DNA of 64,000 bases. Source: Obrimoposthia wandeli. Taxonomy: Eukaryota. This document shows positions 40,948-51,312 of the stretch, one piece after another. Position 1 is the first letter of the stretch, and the number at the start of each line of letters is the position of its first letter. A program made the translations under genes and the position numbers. Where the stretch lies: NCBI GenBank assembly GCA_977020255.1, contig CDROCS010003176.1, positions 124,001 to 188,000 on the forward strand. Direction: 5' to 3'. Below the pieces are notes generated by a model that worked only from the letters and a program-made list of their open reading frames with translations, was not told the origin of the DNA and did not search any database.

Positions 40948-40976
40948 CTTGAAATATTAGGCATCACGTCCCTGAA
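40948..40976 (+). promoter_or_regulatory. Putative sigma32 promoter for ibpA
   Basis: CTTGAAA-N15-CCCTGAA; good -35, imperfect -10. Confidence 0.45.
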
Positions 40977-41060
40977 CCCAAGGTGGTCTGTGGAGTGTAT
41001 GTTCTGATCCCCTTAGTGCCTAGTTACGTCTGATAACCTCATGCGTATTTATCACTAAGG

Positions 41061-41090
41061 CTATTGCTTATTTATGAGGATAGTTTTATG
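41061..41090 (+). promoter_or_regulatory. ROSE-like RNA thermometer hairpin occluding the ibpA SD
   Basis: CTA-TTGCT-...-AGGA-TAG: UUGCU motif opposite AGGA with a bulged G. Confidence 0.65.
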
Positions 41091-41522
41091 AGAAATGTCG
41101 ATTTTACTCCCCTATACCGTAGTGCTATTGGTTTCGACCGTCTGTTTGACATGATGGAATCGAACAACGCAAAAAATGCGAAGAGTACATCAAACGGTTA
41201 CCCTCCGTACAATATCGAGCAGAAAGATGAAAACAATTACCGTATCACCATGGCGGTAGCGGGTTTTTCTGACGATCAGATCGATATCACCCAAAAAGAA
41301 AATCTACTTATCATCACTGCTGAAAGTAAAAACAACGAAGACGCAGACAAGAATTACATTTATCAAGGCATTGCTGAGCGCGATTTCGAACGTAAGTTCC
41401 AATTAGCTGACTACATCAAAGTGTTAAACGCAACCATGAAAAATGGCCTACTTCATATTGATTTAGAGCGTGAATCACCAGACGTCATGCAACCACGTAC
41501 GATTGCAATCAGCCACAAATAA
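41088..41522 (+). CDS. ibpA: Small heat-shock protein IbpA/HspA
   Basis: MRNVDFTPLYRSAIGFDRL, GYPPYNIE, QGIAERDFERKFQLAD. Confidence 0.93.
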   Translation: MRNVDFTPLYRSAIGFDRLFDMMESNNAKNAKSTSNGYPPYNIEQKDENNYRITMAVAGFSDDQIDITQKENLLIITAESKNNEDADKNYIYQGIAERDFERKFQLADYIKVLNATMKNGLLHIDLERESPDVMQPRTIAISHK

Positions 41523-41755
41523 CAGCATGCAATTACGCTGAGAAAAACCGTATCGAAGCACGGTGAATAACATCAGGGCATTACCTATTTACATTGCCCT
41601 CGATTAAATACCACATTGCCCAATACGTTCTCACCGATAACACATTGATAAATAAATATATCTAACGGCTGATAATACACACTGAACGGCACAATACCCT
41701 CAAGGGTGCTGCGTTATAACCTTCAGCCGTCTATAAAATTCTTGGAGAAAAGATT

Positions 41756-43687
41756 ATGAGTAAAATTATTGGTATTGACCTAGGTACAACAAATTCATGT
41801 ATTGCCTTACTTGATGGCGATAAACCACGTGTTATTGAGAATGCTGAAGGTGAACGCACCACAGCCTCAGTTATTGCGTATACCCAAGATGGCGAGATAT
41901 TAGTGGGTCAGCCGGCAAAACGCCAAGCTATCACCAACCCAGAAAACACGCTATTTGCCATTAAGCGTCTGATTGGCCGTCGTTTTGAAGATGAAGAAAT
42001 CCAGCGTGATCTTGAAATCATGCCATTTAAAATTGTTGAAGCTGACAATGGCGATGCATGGGTTGAAGCAAAAGGTCAGAAAATGGCTGCACCGCAAGTG
42101 TCTGCCGAAGTTTTAAAAAAGATGAAGAAAACCGCCGAAGACTTTTTAGGTGAAGAAGTAACGGGTGCTGTTATCACCGTGCCAGCCTATTTCAACGATG
42201 CACAGCGTCAAGCAACCAAAGATGCAGGCCGCATTGCAGGGCTTGATGTAAAACGTATCATCAACGAACCTACAGCCGCAGCATTGGCGTATGGTTTGGA
42301 CAAACAAGGCGGCGATCGCACTATCGCGGTATACGACTTGGGTGGTGGTACCTTTGATATTTCAATTATTGAAATTGATGAAGTAGACGGCGAAAAGACC
42401 TTCGAAGTATTAGCAACCAACGGCGACACGCACCTTGGTGGTGAAGACTTTGATAACCGTATGATCAACTACTTGGTTGACGAATTTAAGAAAGACCAAG
42501 GCATTAATCTAAAGAACGATCCATTAGCGATGCAACGTGTGAAAGAAGCGGCAGAAAAAGCAAAAATTGAGCTTTCTTCCGCACAGCAGACCGATGTGAA
42601 CTTGCCTTACGTCACTGCCGATGCAAGCGGTCCGAAACACATGAACGTTAAAGTGACCCGTGCGAAATTGGAGTCACTGGTTGAAGACTTAGTCAAACGT
42701 ACATTAGAGCCATTAAAAGTGGCACTTACAGATGCTGGTCTTGGTATTAGCGACATCACTGACGTTATCTTGGTGGGTGGTCAAACCCGTATGCCAATGG
42801 TACAAGCAAAAGTGACGGAGTTCTTTGGTAAAGAGCCACGTAAAGACGTGAACCCAGATGAAGCCGTTGCTGTCGGTGCTGCTATTCAAGCTGGTGTCTT
42901 AGCTGGCGAGGTAAAAGATGTCTTGTTATTAGATGTGACTCCACTGTCTCTTGGTATTGAAACCATGGGCGGCGTGATGACCAAGTTGATTGAGAAAAAC
43001 ACCACGATTCCAACCAAAGCGAATCAAGTGTTCTCAACCGCAGAAGACAACCAAAGTGCAGTAACGATTCACGTGTTGCAAGGTGAGCGTAAACAATCAA
43101 GCTACAACAAATCGTTAGGGCAATTTAACCTTGAAGGCATTCAAGCTGGGGTACGTGGTTCAGCACAAATTGATGTGACCTTCGATCTGGATGCCGATGG
43201 TATTTTGCATGTATCTGCCACCGATAAAGCAACAGGCAAAGCACAGAACATCACGATTAAAGCTTCTGGCGGGTTAAGCAGCGAAGACATCGAGCAAATG
43301 GTACAAGAAGCAGAAGCCAACAAAGAAGTGGATAAAAAGTTCGAAGAGTTAGTGACAGCCCGAAACCAAGCCGATCAACTGGTACACAGTACCCGTAAGC
43401 AAGTTGAAGAGCTAGGTGATGCACTGCCTGCTGATGAAAAAGCAAAGATTGATACAGCAATAGCCGATGTTGATACTGCACTCAAAGGCGAAGACAAAGC
43501 TGCGATTGATAATGCAACACAAGCATTGATGACCGCTTCACAAGCCTTGGTACAAATGGCACAGCAACAGCAACAGGCCCAAGCCCAACATGCTCAATCA
43601 AGCCAGCAGGCGAATGACTCAACTGGTCAATCATCCGCTGATGATGATGTGTTTGAAGCTGAGTACGAAGAAGTTAAAGACAAATAA
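41756..43687 (+). CDS. dnaK: DnaK (Hsp70), not flanked by dnaJ/grpE; probably a paralog
   Basis: [25 protein letters not shown] and TIPTK motifs. Confidence 0.97.
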   Translation: MSKIIGIDLGTTNSCIALLDGDKPRVIENAEGERTTASVIAYTQDGEILVGQPAKRQAITNPENTLFAIKRLIGRRFEDEEIQRDLEIMPFKIVEADNGDAWVEAKGQKMAAPQVSAEVLKKMKKTAEDFLGEEVTGAVITVPAYFNDAQRQATKDAGRIAGLDVKRIINEPTAAALAYGLDKQGGDRTIAVYDLGGGTFDISIIEIDEVDGEKTFEVLATNGDTHLGGEDFDNRMINYLVDEFKKDQGINLKNDPLAMQRVKEAAEKAKIELSSAQQTDVNLPYVTADASGPKHMNVKVTRAKLESLVEDLVKRTLEPLKVALTDAGLGISDITDVILVGGQTRMPMVQAKVTEFFGKEPRKDVNPDEAVAVGAAIQAGVLAGEVKDVLLLDVTPLSLGIETMGGVMTKLIEKNTTIPTKANQVFSTAEDNQSAVTIHVLQGERKQSSYNKSLGQFNLEGIQAGVRGSAQIDVTFDLDADGILHVSATDKATGKAQNITIKASGGLSSEDIEQMVQEAEANKEVDKKFEELVTARNQADQLVHSTRKQVEELGDALPADEKAKIDTAIADVDTALKGEDKAAIDNATQALMTASQALVQMAQQQQQAQAQHAQSSQQANDSTGQSSADDDVFEAEYEEVKDK

Positions 43688-43733
43688 CAGTGTGTCGTCT
43701 TTCTTAACGAAAGCACACAGTCAATAAAACAAT

Positions 43734-43767
43734 AAAGCCCACTATCCATTTTGATAGTGGGCTTTTT
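43734..43767 (+). terminator. Terminator after dnaK
   Basis: 13-bp stem AAAGCCCACTATC/GATAGTGGGCTTT plus Ts. Confidence 0.85.
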
Positions 43768-43820
43768 GATGAAAGTAAAAATTTATTAGATTTTAAATCT
43801 TTCATCGTGCCCTTGAGTTT

Positions 43821-43976
43821 TTACTGCTTAAAAAAATACGAGATAAAATTAAATATTCTCAATGTTTCATGTATTTCAATCAGCGGGTGTTTTTCATCAT
43901 CCTGCTCGTTAGATTCTTCAGGTTGTGATGCACATGCGACTAACATAAGTGTCGTGATTATTATTAATTTCTTCAT
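43821..43976 (-). CDS. Small lipoprotein (51 aa), below the ORF-track cutoff
   Basis: Hand translation MKKLIIITTLMLVAC-ASQPEESNEQDDEKHPLIEIHETLRIFNFISYFFKQ*; lipobox LVAC. Confidence 0.65.
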   Translation of the reverse strand: MKKLIIITTLMLVACASQPEESNEQDDEKHPLIEIHETLRIFNFISYFFKQ

Positions 43977-44223
43977 TTTTAATCTAATTAAGATAAAGCA
44001 CGTGGCATTATTTATAAACTTGTAGGCCTAGTGTAACGTTCATTCCTTTAGCATCACTACCCGCATTTCTTCATTTCGATAATATTAATATAGATTATTA
44101 ATATTAATGGTTATTATATAATCACTTTGAGCGAAACCGAATAATTGTTATGTTCTAACAACATATCCCTTGCTTATTCCTATCTAAAAACACAAGGGAA
44201 ATAGTCTTTATCCAAGCCACGAT

Positions 44224-46167
44224 TCATGATGATGAAACAGTATCTATGGCTTGAGCAGCTTGCTCCAGCGAATCTTCTTTAGCTAACCCTTCCCAAAGAA
44301 TTGAAATTTCCCACCACAGCCCAACACCATTCAAGTTACCTTCTGCATGATATTCAGCAAGACGTTGATCAATGTGTGTTTGTACTTCAATTTCTTGAGG
44401 CGCAGTCAGATAACGCGCAGAGACCAACCACTCCATCCAATTCGTCACCGCAATTTCATCAGCATCGACCATATCAACACTACTCAATACTTTTGATAAA
44501 GCACTAATAAAAAGCATTTTATTTAGGTTATTAAGATCATTTTTACTCGACAGCATGTAGGGATAAATAGAGACAATAAAATCACTCGAGAACAATTCAC
44601 TGATCGACTTATCGTAGCGTTTAGTTTTTCTGATTCGCTTAATCACACGTCGAATCATACGGGTTGTCGTGATATTTTCACTGACTTCTGGGATCAATAC
44701 ATAAGCCAAAAACACTAATATCATTGCGAAGAAATTCGCCATGGTATTATTCAAAAAAGCAGCGGGATCAAACGTTGGCACATTAGTTAGCGGCGTATAA
44801 CTTGACCAGAAAACAAGCATGTACATGAAGATCATCTTATTTCCCGTCATACACTTATTAAACTGGTAAGTAACCATGTAGATATACAAAAAAATCATGG
44901 TAAATACACCGAGAGAGCTCAAATATGGCATGATCAAAAAAGTAATCACAAATCCAATACCGACACAGATCGTCATACTTTTCAGGCTACGTAATATCCC
45001 AACTTTAGCTCCAGGCATAGTGGCATTCATCGACAACAAAATACCCGCCATTAATGAAGCCCCCATACCTCCAGTCCAACCAACGCCTATCCATAGGAAC
45101 GTCAAAAGACCCAATACAATAGTAGCTCTTAAAGCATTGCCAATAATGACAAGGTTATCGCTGTACTTCACGAAATCACTGACCTGATAGCTATAGCGTG
45201 TTTGATTCAGTACGACACTCGATGAATGCAACCAAACAGCATTCAGGTATACTTCAACGACTCCATCTTTGATGATCTGACCTTCATTGGTATTAGCGAT
45301 ATCCAGTTGAGCCATTAATTTATCGCTGTCAGTTTCACCTTGTTCAATGGCTTCAATACCCATGTTGATTTGATTTAACAAATCTGCCCCACAAGCATCG
45401 CAAGACATAATCAATCGTTTGACTTTGATCGTCGCAATACTAACAGACAAGCAATGAAATAAGGCATCACGGCTACCCACTATAGTTTCTATTGATTCTC
45501 GGCTACTCAGCAAGCTTTGTAATGGCAATGCTTTATTACGCAGCACTACCGAAATCATGTGAGAAAATCCATCACGTACAGCATGAGGATCTCGCTCACT
45601 AATAGTAAATTTCATGAAATTAAATGCTTGGCGTTTAATCGGTAACAACCGCTGCGTTTCTTCCCCAAAGGGAATAATGGCATTCAAACTTTCACACACA
45701 ATAATGGCAATAATGATGCCAACACAACGAGCCTGCACACTATCAAAAACTTCTGCAATAGTAGGATTAAGACTGATAGGAAACCCGGCAATCGCAATGG
45801 TTAACCCCACCAACGCGAACATGTAGGCAACACTGTCATGATAGTAAGAGGCTAAAGTCACTGCCAACACGATGCCAAGAATCATAAAAAAGTTAAACAA
45901 CAAGGCATCCGTTAATCCAATACCGGAAATAAGCACTATGTACACTGCGCCCATTATTGTGCCACCAGCACGTGCAGCGGCTTTAATTAAGCTCGCTCCA
46001 CGGCTGGCCGTTAACATAATCATAATAACGGAAATCATCGCCGCACTTGTCGCGTCAGACCCCAATCGCAATGTAAGCAGCCAAGTCATTACCACACCCA
46101 AAGCCATTTTAAGGGCTAAATGGGCAGAGCGCGCATCCAACCAATAGTCGACAAAGGCTTTTATCAT
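44224..46167 (-). CDS. FUSC/AaeB-family efflux membrane protein
   Basis: Duplicated TM module; ARCVGIIIAI; downstream of the membrane fusion protein. Confidence 0.85.
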   Translation of the reverse strand: MIKAFVDYWLDARSAHLALKMALGVVMTWLLTLRLGSDATSAAMISVIMIMLTASRGASLIKAAARAGGTIMGAVYIVLISGIGLTDALLFNFFMILGIVLAVTLASYYHDSVAYMFALVGLTIAIAGFPISLNPTIAEVFDSVQARCVGIIIAIIVCESLNAIIPFGEETQRLLPIKRQAFNFMKFTISERDPHAVRDGFSHMISVVLRNKALPLQSLLSSRESIETIVGSRDALFHCLSVSIATIKVKRLIMSCDACGADLLNQINMGIEAIEQGETDSDKLMAQLDIANTNEGQIIKDGVVEVYLNAVWLHSSSVVLNQTRYSYQVSDFVKYSDNLVIIGNALRATIVLGLLTFLWIGVGWTGGMGASLMAGILLSMNATMPGAKVGILRSLKSMTICVGIGFVITFLIMPYLSSLGVFTMIFLYIYMVTYQFNKCMTGNKMIFMYMLVFWSSYTPLTNVPTFDPAAFLNNTMANFFAMILVFLAYVLIPEVSENITTTRMIRRVIKRIRKTKRYDKSISELFSSDFIVSIYPYMLSSKNDLNNLNKMLFISALSKVLSSVDMVDADEIAVTNWMEWLVSARYLTAPQEIEVQTHIDQRLAEYHAEGNLNGVGLWWEISILWEGLAKEDSLEQAAQAIDTVSSS

Positions 46168-47015
46168 TGGTGCACTTTAACGGTAACAGTCGTACCAGCA
46201 ATTAAACGGTGTGATTCGACGACATCTTTATTGATAGTGAAGCGCACAGGCACACGCTGCCCTAGCCGTACCCAAGGTACAGTAGGTTGCACATTCGGTA
46301 ATAAACCCGAATGGTCAGCGCTTTGATCAACGATCGCACGACCAATGCTTTCTACTTGAGCAATGATTTCTTCATTACTGGTGAAAGGCTGAATCACGGC
46401 CGAATCCCCTTTATTAATAAATCTAATCTTCGCTTCCGTGAAATAACCTAAGACGTAATACGATGACGATTCCACCAGCGCAACAAAAGTACCTCCTGTA
46501 TTAATATAATTCCCAACACGCTGATTAAGGTTGGTGATATACCCATCCGCAGGTGCAGAAATAACCGTGCGTGCTAGGTTAATTTCAGCCAACGATAAAT
46601 CACTTTTGGCCTGATTCACTTCAGCTTGGTTTAACGATACCTGCAATTTTTCATTAGTGACCTGTTGGGCTGGAATTAAATTTTTAGGCAGATTTTTATC
46701 GCGAGAATAAGTATTAATTGCTTGCTGTAACGCATACTCATTTTTATTTAAATTTGCTTTCGCGCTATTCAGATTCACGATGTAATTACTTTGATCAATT
46801 TCGAATAATATCTTCCCTTGTTTAACGAACTGGTTATCTTTTACATGAATCTTTATGATTTCGCCTGAAACTTTAGGCGCGATTTGAATGATCTCAGCCC
46901 GGACTTTTGCATCACGCGTCCAAGGAGTACTCATATAAACATTCCACGTCTGAGAGCCAAGAATTACGGCACACACAATCAGAATAATTGGAGTTAGATA
47001 TCGAAATAAACGCAT
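46164..47015 (-). CDS. HlyD/AaeA-family membrane fusion protein
   Basis: PWTRDAKVRA, IAPKVSG, WVRLGQRVPVR. Confidence 0.9.
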   Translation of the reverse strand: MRLFRYLTPIILIVCAVILGSQTWNVYMSTPWTRDAKVRAEIIQIAPKVSGEIIKIHVKDNQFVKQGKILFEIDQSNYIVNLNSAKANLNKNEYALQQAINTYSRDKNLPKNLIPAQQVTNEKLQVSLNQAEVNQAKSDLSLAEINLARTVISAPADGYITNLNQRVGNYINTGGTFVALVESSSYYVLGYFTEAKIRFINKGDSAVIQPFTSNEEIIAQVESIGRAIVDQSADHSGLLPNVQPTVPWVRLGQRVPVRFTINKDVVESHRLIAGTTVTVKVHQ

Positions 47016-47036
47016 GCATCCCTCTCTGTAAAAGCC

Positions 47037-47243
47037 CTAACGTGGACCTAAAAAATATTGCATAATGAAATATTGGATAATGATAAGGATGCAAAAATCA
47101 CAGAGCGATGGATGCCATACCTCCGTTTTATATAGTATTTTGTTGTAAGCCAGTCGCACTAAACCCCATAAGCCCAATGACATCATTAAAACACCGAGAA
47201 AAGGCGGAAAGTAATAACCATCAAAAAGAATTAGATCCTTCAC
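47037..47243 (-). CDS. AaeX/DUF1656 small membrane protein
   Basis: GYYFPPF...VWHPSL; first gene of an aaeXAB-like operon. Confidence 0.8.
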   Translation of the reverse strand: MKDLILFDGYYFPPFLGVLMMSLGLWGLVRLAYNKILYKTEVWHPSLCDFCILIIIQYFIMQYFLGPR

Positions 47244-47433
47244 CGTCTCTTCCTACATAGTCGCGTCATGTCATTCATTAACTATAAAACTAGACCTAAC
47301 GCCTTCAGAAATCGAAATTTAACATCAACAAAGCATAAAAAAGAAAAAGCCAGCAACGTTCGTCACTGGCTTTCTCTGAATCTAGATAAATCAAACTGGC
47401 GGAATATCGTATTTCATACGTGTGATTTGGTTA

Positions 47434-47850
47434 TTACAACCACTCACTCATCACCACGTGGGTTTTGATTTTGACAATATCACTGTGTGCATCCAAGGTT
47501 TCACGAATCTGGTGCAAGCGTTGGATTGAATCGGCTTTTACAAACACTAATAAATCCATATCGCCACTAACCCCATGACAAGATTGTACTTCCGGCAGAG
47601 CTTTAAACATTTCGACCACATCGGCACACCTCGCACATTGGTGCCGTATTTCAAAATAAGCCGATACACCCTCTTTCTGTGATTCTGACAGTAAGACTTG
47701 ATAGCCGCGAATCGTGCCAGTTTGTTCTAATTTTTTGATGCGCTCTGTAACTGCGGGACGAGACAGACTCACCGCCTCCGCAATAGCAGACACACTTTGG
47801 CGGGCATTTTTTCGTAATTCGGCAATGATTGCCTGATCAAATTTGTCCAA
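47434..47850 (-). CDS. Lrp/AsnC family regulator
   Basis: LDKFDQAIIAELRKNAR...LSRPAVTERIKKLE; TTG start after GAGG. Confidence 0.9.
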   Translation of the reverse strand: MDKFDQAIIAELRKNARQSVSAIAEAVSLSRPAVTERIKKLEQTGTIRGYQVLLSESQKEGVSAYFEIRHQCARCADVVEMFKALPEVQSCHGVSGDMDLLVFVKADSIQRLHQIRETLDAHSDIVKIKTHVVMSEWL

Positions 47851-48016
47851 GGGCGTCCTCTGCTCTTTTCGGTAAGTCTTTAGTGTTGTTGCATAAAACC
47901 TGCAAATTGTCGTGAGAAACTGCATATTTCAGGGGTGATCGGACAGATTGTCAGCACCGACCCCGTTATACTCAGCCTATCAACTAGAATATCACCACGA
48001 ATGGACAGGTTTAGCA

Positions 48017-49339
48017 ATGGATGACAGTTCAACAAAAATGGGACGATGGCAAGGCGCAGGCTTACTGGCCACTACACTGCTAGGTACTGGCGTGTTTATT
48101 TTACCGCAAATGACCATTGATATTGCTGGTTATGGTGCAATCTATACGTGGCTATTGTTAACATTGGCTATCATTCCTGTCACTGTTGTCTTTGGGGCGC
48201 TAACAGCCAAGTTCCCGCACGCTGCTGGTCCTGCTTATTTTGTCGAACAAGCCTTTGGTCAAGTCGCAGGCCGTTCCATCGGTTTACTTTTTTTGTTTGT
48301 GGTGCCGATTGGCGCGCCTGCTGCGATTTTACTGACCTTTCATTTTGTTCATGCTCTAATCCCTTTATCTGAACAAGGTTTGTTGGCAGCAGAGCTGGGA
48401 TCATTATTACTGCTGTTTGCGCTGAATTACAAAGGTATCCAGATATCTGCTAAGTTACAGTTTTTACTGACGTTAGCGATTATTATTGTTGTTATAGCAC
48501 TCTTTTCAGTCATACAGCTTGGGCTAACTACTGGGGAGGCGGCAGCACAGACTTATTCAACAGTATTATCTCAGGAAAAGATCCAACCTAATCTAATTAT
48601 GACAGCCGCAGGATTAGCATTTTGGAGCTTCCTTGGTGTCGAAGCTATGTCTCATTTAGCTAATGATTTTCGTAATCCCAAAAAAGATATGTTACCCGCA
48701 ATGATGATCGGCACTGTGTTAGTCGGCGGTATCTACTTCTTATGTACATGGGTGTTATTACGTATGCCAATTCCTACCGATGTCGTCGCGAGCAACTTAC
48801 AGAGCGGTCATATGCAGAGTAGTAATTTACCAAGCAGCAATTTAGCCATGATTAATGCATTTAACTATGGTTTTGGCGGTTTGGGGGCACAAGTCATTGG
48901 TATTCTGGGGATTGCTGGCGGGTTAGCCACCGTCAATGTGTATACCGCGAGTTTATCTCGCTTAGCGTGGAGTTTCAGTAAAGACGGCGTATTGCCGCGT
49001 TACTTGTCGCCCCTTAATCAACACAATGTACCATCACGTGCTTTGGCTGCCATATTGATCGTAATGGGCTTAGTGATTGTGCTGGCCTATGTGGCAAACC
49101 GAGAACTGGAAGATTTGATCGCATGGGTTAATGGTGTGTTTGTGGTGATCTATTTTGCCTCAATGATGGCTGCCGCGAAGTTGTTACCTAAGCGCTACCA
49201 ACCACTCATTTTTCTAGGCTGTTTGTTCTGTGCTCTTCTCGCCTATGGGTTAGGTTTGAAAATGGTGTATGCCTTATTGTTACTTTGCCTAACCCTCCCC
49301 TTTCTAAAATGGCAACAAATTCACCTCGCCCGTGAATAA
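48017..49339 (+). CDS. yjeH: L-methionine/branched-chain amino acid exporter (APC family)
   Basis: QGAGLLATTLLGTGVF and FWSFLGVEA; divergent Lrp regulator. Confidence 0.8.
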   Translation: MDDSSTKMGRWQGAGLLATTLLGTGVFILPQMTIDIAGYGAIYTWLLLTLAIIPVTVVFGALTAKFPHAAGPAYFVEQAFGQVAGRSIGLLFLFVVPIGAPAAILLTFHFVHALIPLSEQGLLAAELGSLLLLFALNYKGIQISAKLQFLLTLAIIIVVIALFSVIQLGLTTGEAAAQTYSTVLSQEKIQPNLIMTAAGLAFWSFLGVEAMSHLANDFRNPKKDMLPAMMIGTVLVGGIYFLCTWVLLRMPIPTDVVASNLQSGHMQSSNLPSSNLAMINAFNYGFGGLGAQVIGILGIAGGLATVNVYTASLSRLAWSFSKDGVLPRYLSPLNQHNVPSRALAAILIVMGLVIVLAYVANRELEDLIAWVNGVFVVIYFASMMAAAKLLPKRYQPLIFLGCLFCALLAYGLGLKMVYALLLLCLTLPFLKWQQIHLARE

Positions 49340-49473
49340 TAAACAAGGCGCATCATCACATTACTAGCCAGTATTACATCGCTGGCTTATTCCTCGACAA
49401 TAAACATGACATTAGTCACACTATTTTGCTAGAATCCCGCGGTTTTCTACTTACTTCCCACCCTGAGGATTTT

Positions 49474-50184
49474 ATGAGCAATAAAAGTCTAATAACCAAT
49501 ATTATTTCATTGTTGATTTTGCTTATTGGCTATCTCACAAACCAGCAAATTGTCATGTTCTGCGGTTTGTTTGCATTTTCTGGTGCGCTAACAAACTGGT
49601 TAGCTATTCACATGTTGTTTGAAAAAGTGCCCGGCTTATACGGTTCTGGGGTTATTCCTGCTCGTTTTGAAGATTTTAAATTAGGCATAAAAACCTTGAT
49701 GATGGAGCAGTTCTTCACTAAACAAAACGTTGACCGTTTCCTTAGCAATGAAATGGCTAGCCCTGCTCAACTTGATCTTAAACCTGTGATTGAGAAAGTA
49801 GATCTAAGCCCTACATTCGATTCTTTAATTGAAGTCATTATGAATTCTTCATTCGGAGGTATGCTGGTGATGATGGGTGGCGCAGAGGCATTACAGCCGC
49901 TAAAAGAACCTTTTATTGAAAAAATGCAAAATGCCATTTCAGATATCAGTCAGCAAGATGCTTTCAAACAAGCACTGAAAGATCAGATAGAACAACCTGC
50001 AATGTTCGATGAAATCCGAAGCACAATCGAAGATATTATCGATCAACGCTTAAACGAATTAACGCCGCAACTAGTGAAAGAAATGATACAAAAGATGATA
50101 GCGGCGCATCTTGGTTGGTTGGTGATTTGGGGTGGTGTATTCGGTGGTATTATCGGTATTATTTCAGCACTGATTACCGCATAA
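49474..50184 (+). CDS. DUF445 family membrane protein
   Basis: TNWLAIHMLFEKVPGLYGSGVIP and HLGWLVIWGGVFGG. Confidence 0.85.
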   Translation: MSNKSLITNIISLLILLIGYLTNQQIVMFCGLFAFSGALTNWLAIHMLFEKVPGLYGSGVIPARFEDFKLGIKTLMMEQFFTKQNVDRFLSNEMASPAQLDLKPVIEKVDLSPTFDSLIEVIMNSSFGGMLVMMGGAEALQPLKEPFIEKMQNAISDISQQDAFKQALKDQIEQPAMFDEIRSTIEDIIDQRLNELTPQLVKEMIQKMIAAHLGWLVIWGGVFGGIIGIISALITA

Positions 50185-50291
50185 CATTGAATGGACTGAC
50201 TGAATAATCCGTTACGTAAGATACAATACCGCTTTATACTTTCGCGAAATAATGACTATCGCGTAATAATAAGTATAAGGCGGCATGTATA

Positions 50292-50557
50292 TATACCCAA
50301 GTTACCTCAAGATGCTCGTTTCAGCGAGAATTTGTTGGGCTCTAGGCAAGGCACTTATTTATAAACCTAGTCTTTCTACGTTGAAAATAAGTAACACCGC
50401 ATAGAGCCCAACAAAACTCGCCCTTCGGGAGTGATTCAGCGTATCTACTTCTGCGTCAAATGTGTTTGAAAGGGAATGCCATTCCTACACACATTTTCCT
50501 TGAATTAAACACGCTGAGATCACTCTGAATCCTGCATCTTGAGGTAGCTTGGGTATA
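50292..50557. mobile_element. 266-bp ERIC-like non-autonomous element (MITE)
   Basis: 24-bp TIRs TATACCCAAGTTACCTCAAGATGC / GCATCTTGAGGTAGCTTGGGTATA (1 mismatch), TA termini, no ORF, between convergent genes. Confidence 0.85.
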
Positions 50558-50567
50558 ACACTTCTAA

Positions 50568-51293
50568 TTACAAAATTTTAGATAAGAACTGCTGTAAGCG
50601 CGGGTGTATTGTCGTATCGAATACATTTTCAGGCGTATCACTCACTAATAGCTCACCGTCTTCCATAAATAACACACGATCAGCCACTTCTCGCGCAAAG
50701 CCCATTTCATGGGTTACCACCACCATGGTCATTCCATCAGCAGCAAGTGCTTTCATTACGTCGAGTACTTCCCCGACCATTTCAGGATCGAGCGCCGATG
50801 TAGGTTCATCAAATAACATGACATCAGGCTTCATCGCCAATGCGCGAGCAATAGCCACACGTTGTTGCTGTCCGCCAGATAAATGAGAGGGGTACACATG
50901 CATTTTTTCGGCTAAACCGACACGGTAAATCAGATCTTCTGCGTGTTTTTCGACTTCTTTGGCATCACGGTTTGTGACCTTCAATGGCGCAAGCATGACG
51001 TTTCCCTTCACTGTTTTGTGAGGGAATAAATTAAAAGACTGGAACACCATACCTACGTTTTCACGTAACGCATTAATGTTGCTACCACGGGCGTACATAT
51101 CCATGCCATCAATCATGATGTCACCCGAATTAATCACCTCTAACTGATTCAACGTACGTAAAAATGTTGATTTACCAGAACCAGATGGACCAATAATAAC
51201 AACCACTTCCCCACGCTTTACGGTTGCACTGACTTTTTTCAGTGCATGGCATCCGTTGGGGTAGATCTTATCGACATTTGTAGCAACAATCAT
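50568..51293 (-). CDS. Polar amino acid ABC transporter ATP-binding protein
   Basis: [28 protein letters not shown]. Confidence 0.92.
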   Translation of the reverse strand: MIVATNVDKIYPNGCHALKKVSATVKRGEVVVIIGPSGSGKSTFLRTLNQLEVINSGDIMIDGMDMYARGSNINALRENVGMVFQSFNLFPHKTVKGNVMLAPLKVTNRDAKEVEKHAEDLIYRVGLAEKMHVYPSHLSGGQQQRVAIARALAMKPDVMLFDEPTSALDPEMVGEVLDVMKALAADGMTMVVVTHEMGFAREVADRVLFMEDGELLVSDTPENVFDTTIHPRLQQFLSKIL

Positions 51294-51312
51294 ATCGTCG
51301 CCTTGGTAATCT

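Noticed and set aside
43807-44025. 72-aa plus-strand ORF
   Set aside because: Implausible composition; the opposite strand encodes a better-supported lipoprotein.
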